Positions 24,385 through 32,000 of a DNA stretch of 32,000 nucleotides are shown here, piece after piece. Each line of letters opens with the position of its first letter. Within the stretch, counting starts at the first letter, position 1. The DNA comes from Candidatus Iainarchaeum sp. (GTDB taxonomy: Archaea; Iainarchaeota; Iainarchaeia; Iainarchaeales; DTGL01), in NCBI GenBank assembly GCA_038736825.1, contig JAVYME010000005.1, positions 6,570-38,569 on the forward strand. The letters run 5' to 3'. The translations under genes were made by a program, and so were the position numbers. Below the pieces are notes generated by a model. The model was not told the DNA's origin and ran no database searches. It saw only the letters and a program-made list of their open reading frames with translations.

Positions 24385-25112
24385 CGCTTTCTGTAAACCC
24401 ATTGCAAGGGAAAAGCATATTTTAACGCTTTGAAAAAGAAAACAAAAAACTGGTTTGCAACCTTGGTTTTTGATTCACCATAAGAGCGCTCCCTAAAGGT
24501 TGCGGGAACACTTTTTACCTTAAATCCAGCAATTTTTGCTTGAATTATCATTTCAGCAAGAAAAAAATTCCTTTTATCTGTTGGCTTTATTTTTTTCCAC
24601 ACTTCGCTTTTCATTGCCCTAAAATTGAGTGAGAAATCGCTCACTGGAGTGCAAGTTATCAGTGAAAGGTATTTGTTGCCCCAATCACTAATGATTCCCC
24701 TTAGTTTGATAATATTGCTCTTTTTTTCAAAAAAAGAGCCTTTCTCAAACCTTGAACCAATAACCATGTCATGACCAGAATCAATTTCCTTTAACAATAA
24801 CGCGATTTCTTCAACTTCCAATGCAAGATCTGCATCCATTGAAAGCAATATTTTAGCATTAGCCTTGTCATAAGCTTCTTTTAATGCAGCACCCACGCCT
24901 TCCTTTTGTTTCCTGCGCAAAACCCTTATGTTTCCATACTTTTTGTTCAGGTTTTGTGCAACTTTCCAGGTTTTGTCAGGCGAATTGTCATCCACTACAA
25001 GTATTTCAGCATCCAGCCTGTTTTTTTTAAAAAAAGCCTCGAGTTGTGGCACAAGCTTTCTAATATTTTCAGATTCATTGTAAGTTGGAAGGATTAAGGA
25101 AAGCCTTTTCAT
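24381..25112 (-). CDS. polyprenyl/dolichyl-phosphate sugar synthase (GT2; DPM1/ArnC/GtrB/AglD-like)
   Basis: LSLILPTYNESENI...ILVVDDNSPDKT...MDADL...VIGSRF is typical of Dol-P-Man/Glc synthase-type GT2 enzymes. Confidence 0.8.
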   Translation of the reverse strand: MKRLSLILPTYNESENIRKLVPQLEAFFKKNRLDAEILVVDDNSPDKTWKVAQNLNKKYGNIRVLRRKQKEGVGAALKEAYDKANAKILLSMDADLALEVEEIALLLKEIDSGHDMVIGSRFEKGSFFEKKSNIIKLRGIISDWGNKYLSLITCTPVSDFSLNFRAMKSEVWKKIKPTDKRNFFLAEMIIQAKIAGFKVKSVPATFRERSYGESKTKVANQFFVFFFKALKYAFPLQWVYRKR

Positions 25113-25178
25113 TCTCTAACACTCTCATAATTTATAAAAAGGATGTTTGGTTCTTTTAATAATATTTAAGTGGTTGGA

Positions 25179-26396
25179 ATGCAAAAGAGGGTTTTTATTG
25201 GAGATTTCAAGGTTGGCGCGAGAGAGCGCGAGCTGGTGCAAAAAGTGCTTGAATCAAACAGGCTTTCTGAATGGAAAATGGTGGAAGAATTCGAGAGAAA
25301 ATTTGCTTTATATGTTCAAAGAAAGCATGCGGTTGCATTCAATTCTGGCACTTCCGCTGAAATTTGTGCCTTTGAAGCATTAAAGCAAGGCAACTTGGTT
25401 GACTGCAAGGAAAAGCCTTTAGTGCTAACAAACCCATTAACTTTTGCTGCAACCGTTAATGCAATAAAATTGAGTGGTTTTGAGCCTGCCTTTGCAGACA
25501 TTGCCCTTGAAACCTTAAATCTTTCAATTGAAAAGGTTAAAGAGTTCTTTGAATCAATTGAATCCCAAAAATGCAGTGTTTTAATGCCGGTTTTTTTAAT
25601 GGGTTTTTCTGCCAACATTGTTGAAATGGAAAAAATTGCAAGAAAAGCAGGGGTTTTTCTCTTCAGTGATTGCGCTCAATCACATGGAGCTCTTTTTAAA
25701 AACAAAAAAATAGGCTCTTTCGGGGATTTAAGCGCTTTTTCTTTTTACATTTCTCACAACATTCAAGCTGGAGAAATGGGAGCGTTAGCCTCCAATAATG
25801 CTGAACTGGTTTCAATGTTCAAAAAAATAAAATCTTATGGAAAGAATGGTTCCCAGAGAGAACCTTCACCTGAATTTTTGGCTTTGCTTAAAAGCAAAGG
25901 AATTTCTTTAGAGGATGTTGATGCAAGGTTTACAATGGAATTTGTCGGCTATAATTTTAGAACCACCGAGCTTACAGCCGCAATCGGCATAGCCCAACTT
26001 GAAAAAGCCGAAGAAACAAAAAGAAAACGGCAAGAAAATGTAAAATATTTGAATGAGGGCTTGCAAAAGTTTTCTGATGTACTGCAATTGCCTGTTTTCT
26101 CTAAAGAAAACGATTATTTGGGTTACCCCCTCATAATAAAAAAACCTGAAAAAATTAATAGAAAAAAATTTAGAAATGCGCTGGAAGCGAAAGGCATTGA
26201 AACAAGGCCCTTGTTTGGCTGCATTCCGTTTCACCAACCCCAATATGTTTATCTCAGGCAAAAATATGAGGGCGGGCTTTCCAATGCGCTTTTTGCTGGA
26301 GAGAACGGTTTTTATGTGGGATGCCACCAGTACTTGACTCAAGCAGAACTGGATTGCATAATAAAAGCAGTGAGTGAAACGGTTGGAAAAAAATGA
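25179..26396 (+). CDS. DegT/DnrJ/EryC1-fold sugar-nucleotide enzyme with His replacing the PLP lysine (ColD/E1-like 3-dehydratase candidate)
   Basis: Fold-type I sugar aminotransferase layout (FE..FA.Y...HAVAFNSGTSA; DCAQSHGA). At the Schiff-base position the motif reads SFYISHNIQAGEMG instead of SF...K....GEGG. Confidence 0.75.
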   Translation: MQKRVFIGDFKVGARERELVQKVLESNRLSEWKMVEEFERKFALYVQRKHAVAFNSGTSAEICAFEALKQGNLVDCKEKPLVLTNPLTFAATVNAIKLSGFEPAFADIALETLNLSIEKVKEFFESIESQKCSVLMPVFLMGFSANIVEMEKIARKAGVFLFSDCAQSHGALFKNKKIGSFGDLSAFSFYISHNIQAGEMGALASNNAELVSMFKKIKSYGKNGSQREPSPEFLALLKSKGISLEDVDARFTMEFVGYNFRTTELTAAIGIAQLEKAEETKRKRQENVKYLNEGLQKFSDVLQLPVFSKENDYLGYPLIIKKPEKINRKKFRNALEAKGIETRPLFGCIPFHQPQYVYLRQKYEGGLSNALFAGENGFYVGCHQYLTQAELDCIIKAVSETVGKK

Positions 26397-27517
26397 AGCT
26401 GGAAAAATTTTTTCAAGACAAAAAAACTATTTTTTTGATTGTAATCCTTTTGCTGGCTTTTTGCATTAGGGTTTTCAATCTTTCATACAGGCAGGCTGGA
26501 GTTGATGAAGAGCTCACAATAAGGGTAACCAAAAGCTTTGAAGAGGCAATTGCTTTTTCCAATTCTGATTTTTACCCTCCATTATCCTATGTTTTAATGG
26601 TTCCAGTTGTTTCCCTTTTAGGGGGGTTTTGGGCAAGGTTTTTTTTTGCGCTTGTTGGAACTCTTGCTGTTTTTTTGTTTTATTTTTTGGCTAAAGCTTT
26701 TTTTTCTGAACAGGAAGCCCTTCTTTCAACGCTTCTTTTTGCTTTTAACCCTTTAAATGTCTTTTATTCTGTCAACTTGCGGCATTATGTTTTTCTCTTG
26801 CTTTTGTCTCTTTTGGCAATGCTTGCAATGATTTCATTGCTGAAAAAGTTTTCAATGAAAAGCCTGGCTTTGTTTTGTGCTAGCCTTGTTTTAATGGGTT
26901 ATATAAATTATGTTTGCTGGGCTTATGCGATTGCTGCATTGGTTTTCTTTTTGTTTTTTTTGAAAGATAAAAAATTCTTCAAAGAATGCGTTGGTGGCAT
27001 GGCTTTGGTTTTGTTATGTCTTGCCTTTCTATTGCCCTTGGCAATATCGCAATTCAATAATTTTTCTAAAAGCCACTATTTTGCTCAGCCATTCAATCCC
27101 TTGATTTATCCTTATGCTTTTTACAAGCTTGCAGTTGGAGTTAACATTTCAAGCGCACTCAATTTCTTTCCGCCATTGCTGTTTGTAGTGCCAATTGTTT
27201 TGGTTTTGTTTGTTTATGGTGCAATTCTTTTTTGGAGGCAGAAGAATGAAGTTGGACGCTTTATTTTCTTCTTTTTCATTGTTTCTGCCACCCTGCTAGC
27301 TCTGGGTTCAATTAAATCGCCAATGCTTTTCTCTTTCCGCTATCTTTTCCCATTAATGCCAGCATTCATTATTTTTCTTTCAAAGGGCATTTTTTCTTTT
27401 GAAAACTTTAAAGCGCTTTCCTTGACTGCTTTCATTATTTTGTTGTGGTTGATTGCAATTTTTTATTATTTTTTGGTTTCTTCGCTGGCAGACTGGAATG
27501 CTTTTATTGGGCTTTAA
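26393..27517 (+). CDS. short GT-C fold membrane glycosyltransferase (PMT_2/ArnT-like)
   Basis: About 10 TM helices. The first-loop motif GVDEE....FYPPLSYVL matches the DE...hPPL.Y signature of GT39/GT83-type enzymes. The start overlaps the upstream stop (ATGA). Confidence 0.65.
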   Translation: MKLEKFFQDKKTIFLIVILLLAFCIRVFNLSYRQAGVDEELTIRVTKSFEEAIAFSNSDFYPPLSYVLMVPVVSLLGGFWARFFFALVGTLAVFLFYFLAKAFFSEQEALLSTLLFAFNPLNVFYSVNLRHYVFLLLLSLLAMLAMISLLKKFSMKSLALFCASLVLMGYINYVCWAYAIAALVFFLFFLKDKKFFKECVGGMALVLLCLAFLLPLAISQFNNFSKSHYFAQPFNPLIYPYAFYKLAVGVNISSALNFFPPLLFVVPIVLVLFVYGAILFWRQKNEVGRFIFFFFIVSATLLALGSIKSPMLFSFRYLFPLMPAFIIFLSKGIFSFENFKALSLTAFIILLWLIAIFYYFLVSSLADWNAFIGL

Positions 27518-27577
27518 AGGTACCAAAACCAATATATAAAAAGGAAAAAGCATTTCTTATAGGAGAGTTTGGTTTGA

Positions 27578-28669
27578 ATGAAAATATTGCACTTGATTCA
27601 CCACTTTGCGCCTTGTGTTGGGGGCATGGAGCGCTCTCTTGAGCAATGCTGTATTGAACTGGTTAAAGCAGGCCATAAATGCAAAGTGGTTTGCTTGAAC
27701 AAGTGCTCTCATTCTAGGGAGAAACTCTCTTGTAGTGAAAGCTTTAATGGAATTCAAATAGTGCGGCTTCCATTCATTGATTTTGGGTTTTACAAGATTG
27801 CTTTTGGAGCTCTAAAGCATGCAAGGGATGCAGATGTAATTCACGTGCACGGTTTGGGTTTTTTTTCAGACCTTTTCCTGCTTTCAAAGTTTTTTCACAA
27901 AAAACCTGTTGTTTTGAGCTCTTATGGTGGAATTTTTCACACTGGCTCTAATCCCTTGAAATGGTTTTATTTTTTTGTCTGGAACCGTTTTTTGCTGGGT
28001 TTTGCGGACAGTATTGTTGCAATAAGCGAGCATGACTTTGAATTGTTTAAAAAAATTGTTCCAGGGGAAAAGATGGAATTGATTCCAGTGCCGGTTAAAG
28101 TTGAAGGCTTTAAGCCTGTAAAAAAGGAAAAAAACTCTTTTGTTTTTGTTGGAAGGCTGAGCAAAAACAAGCGTGTTGACTTATTGCTTTCGGTTTTTGC
28201 AAAAGCCTTCAAGGGAAAAAATGCAAGGCTTTATATTGCCGGCAACGATTTTGAAGGCTTGGAATACGGGCTAAAATTGCAAGCAAAAGATCTTGGAGTG
28301 GAAAAACAGGTTTTTTTTCTTGGAGAGGTTAAAGAAAAAGAATTGCGTTCCCTGTTGTGCAAAGCAGAGTTTTTTGTTTCTGCTTCAGAATATGAAAGCT
28401 TTGGAGTTAGCGCAATAGAGGCAATGGCGGCTGGCTGCATTCCAATATTGAGCCGGATTCCTTCCTTTGAATCTTTTTTGGAGAAAGAAAAAAACGGTTT
28501 TTTGGTGGACTTCAATCAAGCCGAAAGCGCGGCTTTAAGATTGCAAGAAATTGTTGGATTGCCTGAAAAAACCCTTGCTTTAAAAAGAAAAAACGCGATT
28601 GCTTTTTCAAAAAAATTCCATCCAGAAAAAATTGCTTTAAGGCTTTTAGGACTATACCGCAAAGTATAG
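27578..28669 (+). CDS. family 4 (GT-B, group 1) glycosyltransferase
   Basis: The EX7E region is SASEYESFGVSAIEAMAAGCIPI. The N-terminal HHFAPCVGGME is typical of GT4. The promoter-like AACCAATATATAAAAA lies at 27527-27542 and an AGGAGAG SD at 27561-27567. Confidence 0.85.
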   Translation: MKILHLIHHFAPCVGGMERSLEQCCIELVKAGHKCKVVCLNKCSHSREKLSCSESFNGIQIVRLPFIDFGFYKIAFGALKHARDADVIHVHGLGFFSDLFLLSKFFHKKPVVLSSYGGIFHTGSNPLKWFYFFVWNRFLLGFADSIVAISEHDFELFKKIVPGEKMELIPVPVKVEGFKPVKKEKNSFVFVGRLSKNKRVDLLLSVFAKAFKGKNARLYIAGNDFEGLEYGLKLQAKDLGVEKQVFFLGEVKEKELRSLLCKAEFFVSASEYESFGVSAIEAMAAGCIPILSRIPSFESFLEKEKNGFLVDFNQAESAALRLQEIVGLPEKTLALKRKNAIAFSKKFHPEKIALRLLGLYRKV

Positions 28670-28711
28670 GTTTTTCTATTTGTTGTTGTTTAAAATCTGC
28701 AAGGTGTTTTT

Positions 28712-29677
28712 GTGCGCATTCTAATTACAGGAATTGGAGGTTTTTTGGGCTCACACCTTGCAAAGCACCTTCTTTTGAGGGAAGAGTGCGAGGTTTTTGG
28801 CACAATGCTGGCAGGCGAATCCGTTAAAAACCTTGAAGGAATTGAAAAAAACATTTCATTAATTGAATGCAATGTTTGCAGCCAAGAACAAGTTGAAAAC
28901 GCTGTCCTAAAATCAAAGCCAGATATTGTTTTTCACTTTGCAGCCCAAGCAAATGTTTACCTTTCATGGAGCATTCCAGAAAAAACAATGAGAGTAAACC
29001 TTTTGGGTTCACTGAATTTGCTTGAAGCTTTAAGAAAACACTCTCCAAATTCAATTGTATTGCTTTCAAGCACGCGCGAGGTTTACGGTGCAGTCAAAAA
29101 AAGCGCTCTGCCAATAACCGAAAAACAGCCACTCAATCCCTTAAACCCTTATGCAGTAAGCAAGGTTGCAATGGAATTGCTTGGCAAAAACTATTTCGAA
29201 CAATATGGCTTGAAAACAATAATTGTTCGCTCTTTCAACATCACGGGCCCTGGAAGACCGCCTGAATTTGCTTGCAGTGACTGGGCAAGACAGCTTGCAA
29301 TGATAGAGTTGGGCTTGAAAGAACCATTTATTGAAACAGGAGTGGTTAGTGCAGTTAGAGACTTTACTGATGTAAGGGATGCTGTTGAGGGCTTTTGGCT
29401 TGCTGTAAAAAAATGCAAGTACGCTGAACCCTACAATTTGTGTTCCGGCAAGGGCTATAAGATGAGCGAAGTGTTGAATTTGATTTCTGGTTTTTCAAAA
29501 AAAGAAGTCAAAAAAATAACAAAAAAAGAAAAAATTGTCAGGATTGAAGTGCCTTACGCTGTTGGCAGCAATGCAAAATTGAGAAAAGCAACCGGCTGGA
29601 AGCCAAAAATAAAGCTTGAAAAAACCCTTTGCGATTTAGTGGATTACTGGAAAAAAGAACTTTCAAAAAAGCCCTAG
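28712..29677 (+). CDS. NAD(P)-dependent sugar-nucleotide epimerase/dehydratase/reductase (extended SDR)
   Basis: Has ILITGIGGFLGSHL (GxxGxxG), SSTREVYG and the catalytic YAVSK. GTG start. Confidence 0.85.
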   Translation: MRILITGIGGFLGSHLAKHLLLREECEVFGTMLAGESVKNLEGIEKNISLIECNVCSQEQVENAVLKSKPDIVFHFAAQANVYLSWSIPEKTMRVNLLGSLNLLEALRKHSPNSIVLLSSTREVYGAVKKSALPITEKQPLNPLNPYAVSKVAMELLGKNYFEQYGLKTIIVRSFNITGPGRPPEFACSDWARQLAMIELGLKEPFIETGVVSAVRDFTDVRDAVEGFWLAVKKCKYAEPYNLCSGKGYKMSEVLNLISGFSKKEVKKITKKEKIVRIEVPYAVGSNAKLRKATGWKPKIKLEKTLCDLVDYWKKELSKKP

Positions 29678-30778
29678 CACGGCTTTTTCCTTTTCTTTCG
29701 TCCAAGCAAATTTTTTTCTGTCTTCCAGCATTGCCTTTTTGAATTTTTTCTCCAAGCCTTTTTCATAAAATTCCAGAATTGCTTTTGCTAAAGCCTCAGG
29801 GTTTTGCGGTTCCACAAGCAATCCGTTCTTTTTGTTTTCAATTAAGTCAATGTTTCCACCAACACTTGTAGTGATTATGGGAGTATTATGGCCAAAAGCA
29901 AGCTGGATTATTCCGGATTCTGTTGAAGAAACATATGGCAGCACAACTGCATCACAGGCAGCAAAATATAGTGCTGCCTCTTCATCTGAAACATAGCGAT
30001 CCACAATCTTCACGTTTTTTGCAATTCCAAGCTCTTCAATCATTTTTGAAAACCTTTCCTTTGGTTCCCAGAATTCGCCAACAATATGCAATTCAATGTC
30101 TTTTTTTGCCAAAACTTTTGGCATTGCCTTAATCAAAAACTCTAAACCCTTATAGGGTCGCACAAAACCAAAAAACAGGATTGCTGGCTTTTTAATGCCA
30201 AGCCTCTTCATTGCATTTTTTTTGGAAATTTTTGCCTTTTTTATTATGACTTCATAGGTTGGCTCGATTATGGTTTTCACTTTAGCGCTTGGAAAAATTT
30301 TTTTCAATAATTCTTCGTCAGATTTTGCCAGTGTCACAAAGCTTTCTGCTTTTTTCAAAAAACTTTTTGCGAGAAAAAAGTGAATCGCGCTTTTCTCGTG
30401 TGGCAAAACATTCTGGCAGATCACTGAAATTTTGCAGTTTTCTTTCAATTTATTTGCAATAAACCAATAGCAGGGCGCAAGAAAGGTGGTCCACCATTGA
30501 AAAACAACAATTTCCGCTTTAAATTTTCTTATTTTTTTGACGGTTTTCTTCCAGCTCAAGGGATTGATTGAATCAATCAAGAACTCGCTTTGAAATTCTT
30601 TTGGAGGGCTTCCTTTTTCTTTCTGGAATCTGCCAGGATAAAGAATTTTTGGATAAAGCCTTTTAAAGCTCAATGCAAGCACTTGGTTTTTTTCTGCAAG
30701 TTTTTTGCACAAAATGGTGTTCGAATGAGCTATTCCACCGCGAAATGGCTCTATTGGACCGATAACTGCAACTCTCAT
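29663..30778 (-). CDS. family 4 (GT-B, group 1) glycosyltransferase
   Basis: Has N-terminal VAVIGPIEPFRGGIAHSN. The C-terminal donor-binding region VVLPYVSSTESGIIQLAFGHNTPIITT follows the GT1/GT4 pattern. The 3' end overlaps the convergent SDR gene by 15 bp. Confidence 0.8.
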   Translation of the reverse strand: MRVAVIGPIEPFRGGIAHSNTILCKKLAEKNQVLALSFKRLYPKILYPGRFQKEKGSPPKEFQSEFLIDSINPLSWKKTVKKIRKFKAEIVVFQWWTTFLAPCYWFIANKLKENCKISVICQNVLPHEKSAIHFFLAKSFLKKAESFVTLAKSDEELLKKIFPSAKVKTIIEPTYEVIIKKAKISKKNAMKRLGIKKPAILFFGFVRPYKGLEFLIKAMPKVLAKKDIELHIVGEFWEPKERFSKMIEELGIAKNVKIVDRYVSDEEAALYFAACDAVVLPYVSSTESGIIQLAFGHNTPIITTSVGGNIDLIENKKNGLLVEPQNPEALAKAILEFYEKGLEKKFKKAMLEDRKKFAWTKEKEKAVLGLF

Positions 30779-30914
30779 AATGGAAAAGCGAATTGTGTTC
30801 TTATAATTGTTATGGTGCGATTTTTGGTTGCAATATTGGAGTTTTTTTTATTTTTGTGCCAAAAGGGAGTTTAAAAAGAATTTATGCCAATTTATTAGCA
30901 TTAGAGGTGTTTTC

Positions 30915-31880
30915 ATGGATTTTTCTGGAAAGAATGTTTTTGTAACAGGCGGCGCTGGATTCATTGGCAGCGCTCTAGTAAGGCAACTAATAGCGGAAAA
31001 CGCAAAAATCACTGTTTTTGACAATTTTCTCAGCGGCAGCAGGGAAAACCTGAAAGGCTTAGAAAAAGAAATAAACATTGTTGAAGGCGACATAAGAAAC
31101 CAAAACCTTGAGCGCGTGCTTGCAAAACACAACGCAGAATTTGTTTTCAACCTTGCAGCAATGCCTTACATTCCCGACTGCTATAAAACCCCAAAAGACT
31201 TCATGGACATAAACGCCACAGGCGCAATGAATGTAATGTTTGCATGCAAAAAAGCAGGAGTAAAACGCATTATACAGTATTCCACAAGCGAAGTTTATGG
31301 CACAGCACAATATGTTCCAATGGACGAACACCATCCCTTGAACCCGCACTCCACTTATGCTGCCGCAAAAGTTGCAGCTGACAGGCTTTGCTTCACATTG
31401 TTCCACGAACAAGAAATTCCAGTAATAATATTGCGCCAATTCAACACTTTTGGTCCAAGAGAAACCCACCGCTACATTATTCCAGAACTCATCTCACAAC
31501 TATCGAAAAGCAATACACTGCATTTGGGCAACATTGAAGCAAAACGCGATTTCACATATGTGGATGATGCAGCCAGAGCCGCAATAGAATTAATGAAACA
31601 CAAAGAAGCAGAAGGCCAAGTCTTCAATTGCGGTTATGGAAAGTGCTGGAGCGTAAAAGAAATGGCTGAAATGCTTGCAGACATAATGAAAGTCAAAAAC
31701 CTGAAAATTGTAGTGGAAAAACAAAGATTACGGCCTTTAGATGTTCAAATCCTGGAAGCAAGCTATTTCAAGTTGTTCAGGTTGACAGGCTGGACTCCAA
31801 AAGTTTCCTTTAAGGAAGGATTGGAACGCACAGTCCAAGATTTCAGGGAGCGGGGGGGCAGATGGCCTTGGGAAAAATAA
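30915..31880 (+). CDS. NAD-dependent sugar-nucleotide 4,6-dehydratase/epimerase (extended SDR)
   Basis: I placed the start at the ATG preceded by AGAGGTG. Motifs are VFVTGGAGFIGSAL, STSEVYG and YAAAKVAADRL. The upstream 36 codons of tracked ORF 30807 look non-coding. Confidence 0.85.
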   Translation: MDFSGKNVFVTGGAGFIGSALVRQLIAENAKITVFDNFLSGSRENLKGLEKEINIVEGDIRNQNLERVLAKHNAEFVFNLAAMPYIPDCYKTPKDFMDINATGAMNVMFACKKAGVKRIIQYSTSEVYGTAQYVPMDEHHPLNPHSTYAAAKVAADRLCFTLFHEQEIPVIILRQFNTFGPRETHRYIIPELISQLSKSNTLHLGNIEAKRDFTYVDDAARAAIELMKHKEAEGQVFNCGYGKCWSVKEMAEMLADIMKVKNLKIVVEKQRLRPLDVQILEASYFKLFRLTGWTPKVSFKEGLERTVQDFRERGGRWPWEK

Positions 31881-32000
31881 TTCCAGTTTCTGACACAGTG
31901 ATTGTTGGAAACGAACTAGCATATTTAAAAGAATGCATTGACACCAAGTGGGTTTCCTATCTGGGGCCTTTTGTAAAGCGCTTTGAAGACTCTTTTGCCA
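31862..32000 (+). CDS. DegT/DnrJ/EryC1-family sugar aminotransferase, N-terminal fragment (continues beyond window)
   Basis: This untracked ORF runs off the right edge. MALGKIIPVSDTVIVGNELAYLKECIDTKWVSYLGPFVKRFEDSFA is a typical DegT N-terminus. It overlaps the SDR stop by 19 nt. Confidence 0.65.
   Translation, partial: MALGKIIPVSDTVIVGNELAYLKECIDTKWVSYLGPFVKRFEDSFA

Overview
This window looks like an AT-rich archaeal chromosome segment. The evidence is a TBP fragment, an archaeal-type 5S rRNA, AglB/STT3, an Ogg2-type glycosylase, and TATA-like boxes about 25 nt upstream of many start codons. Other genes carry G-rich Shine-Dalgarno sites instead. The small, tightly packed genes and orphan proteins suggest a small-genome (DPANN-like) lineage, but that is inference. 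I call about 39 protein genes and one 5S rRNA.

The content falls into five parts:
- 476-2736: three strongly basic orphan proteins, one with tandem 15-residue Gly/Ala repeats.
- 2811-7611: hutH, a possible truncated Lon-like ORF, ogg, and an ArsR-IscS-IscU operon with a palindromic operator.
- 7681-12888: an aglB-aglH-alg14-alg13-GT2 N-glycosylation operon, in which AglB carries WWSYG instead of WWDYG.
- 12941-20055: housekeeping and membrane genes (MscS, rhodanese, EamA, DUF45, deaminase, PspC, TrkHA).
- 20177-32000: a glycan or lipid-headgroup island. It holds a B12-type radical SAM translationally coupled to a GT2, an AAA+/nuclease ATPase insertion, a Dol-P-sugar synthase plus a short GT-C, a DegT-fold protein with His in place of the PLP lysine (ColD/E1-like), two GT4, two SDR and a second DegT.

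I found no CRISPR array, tRNA, transposase or integrase. All family calls rest on motifs read by eye. No database search was possible.
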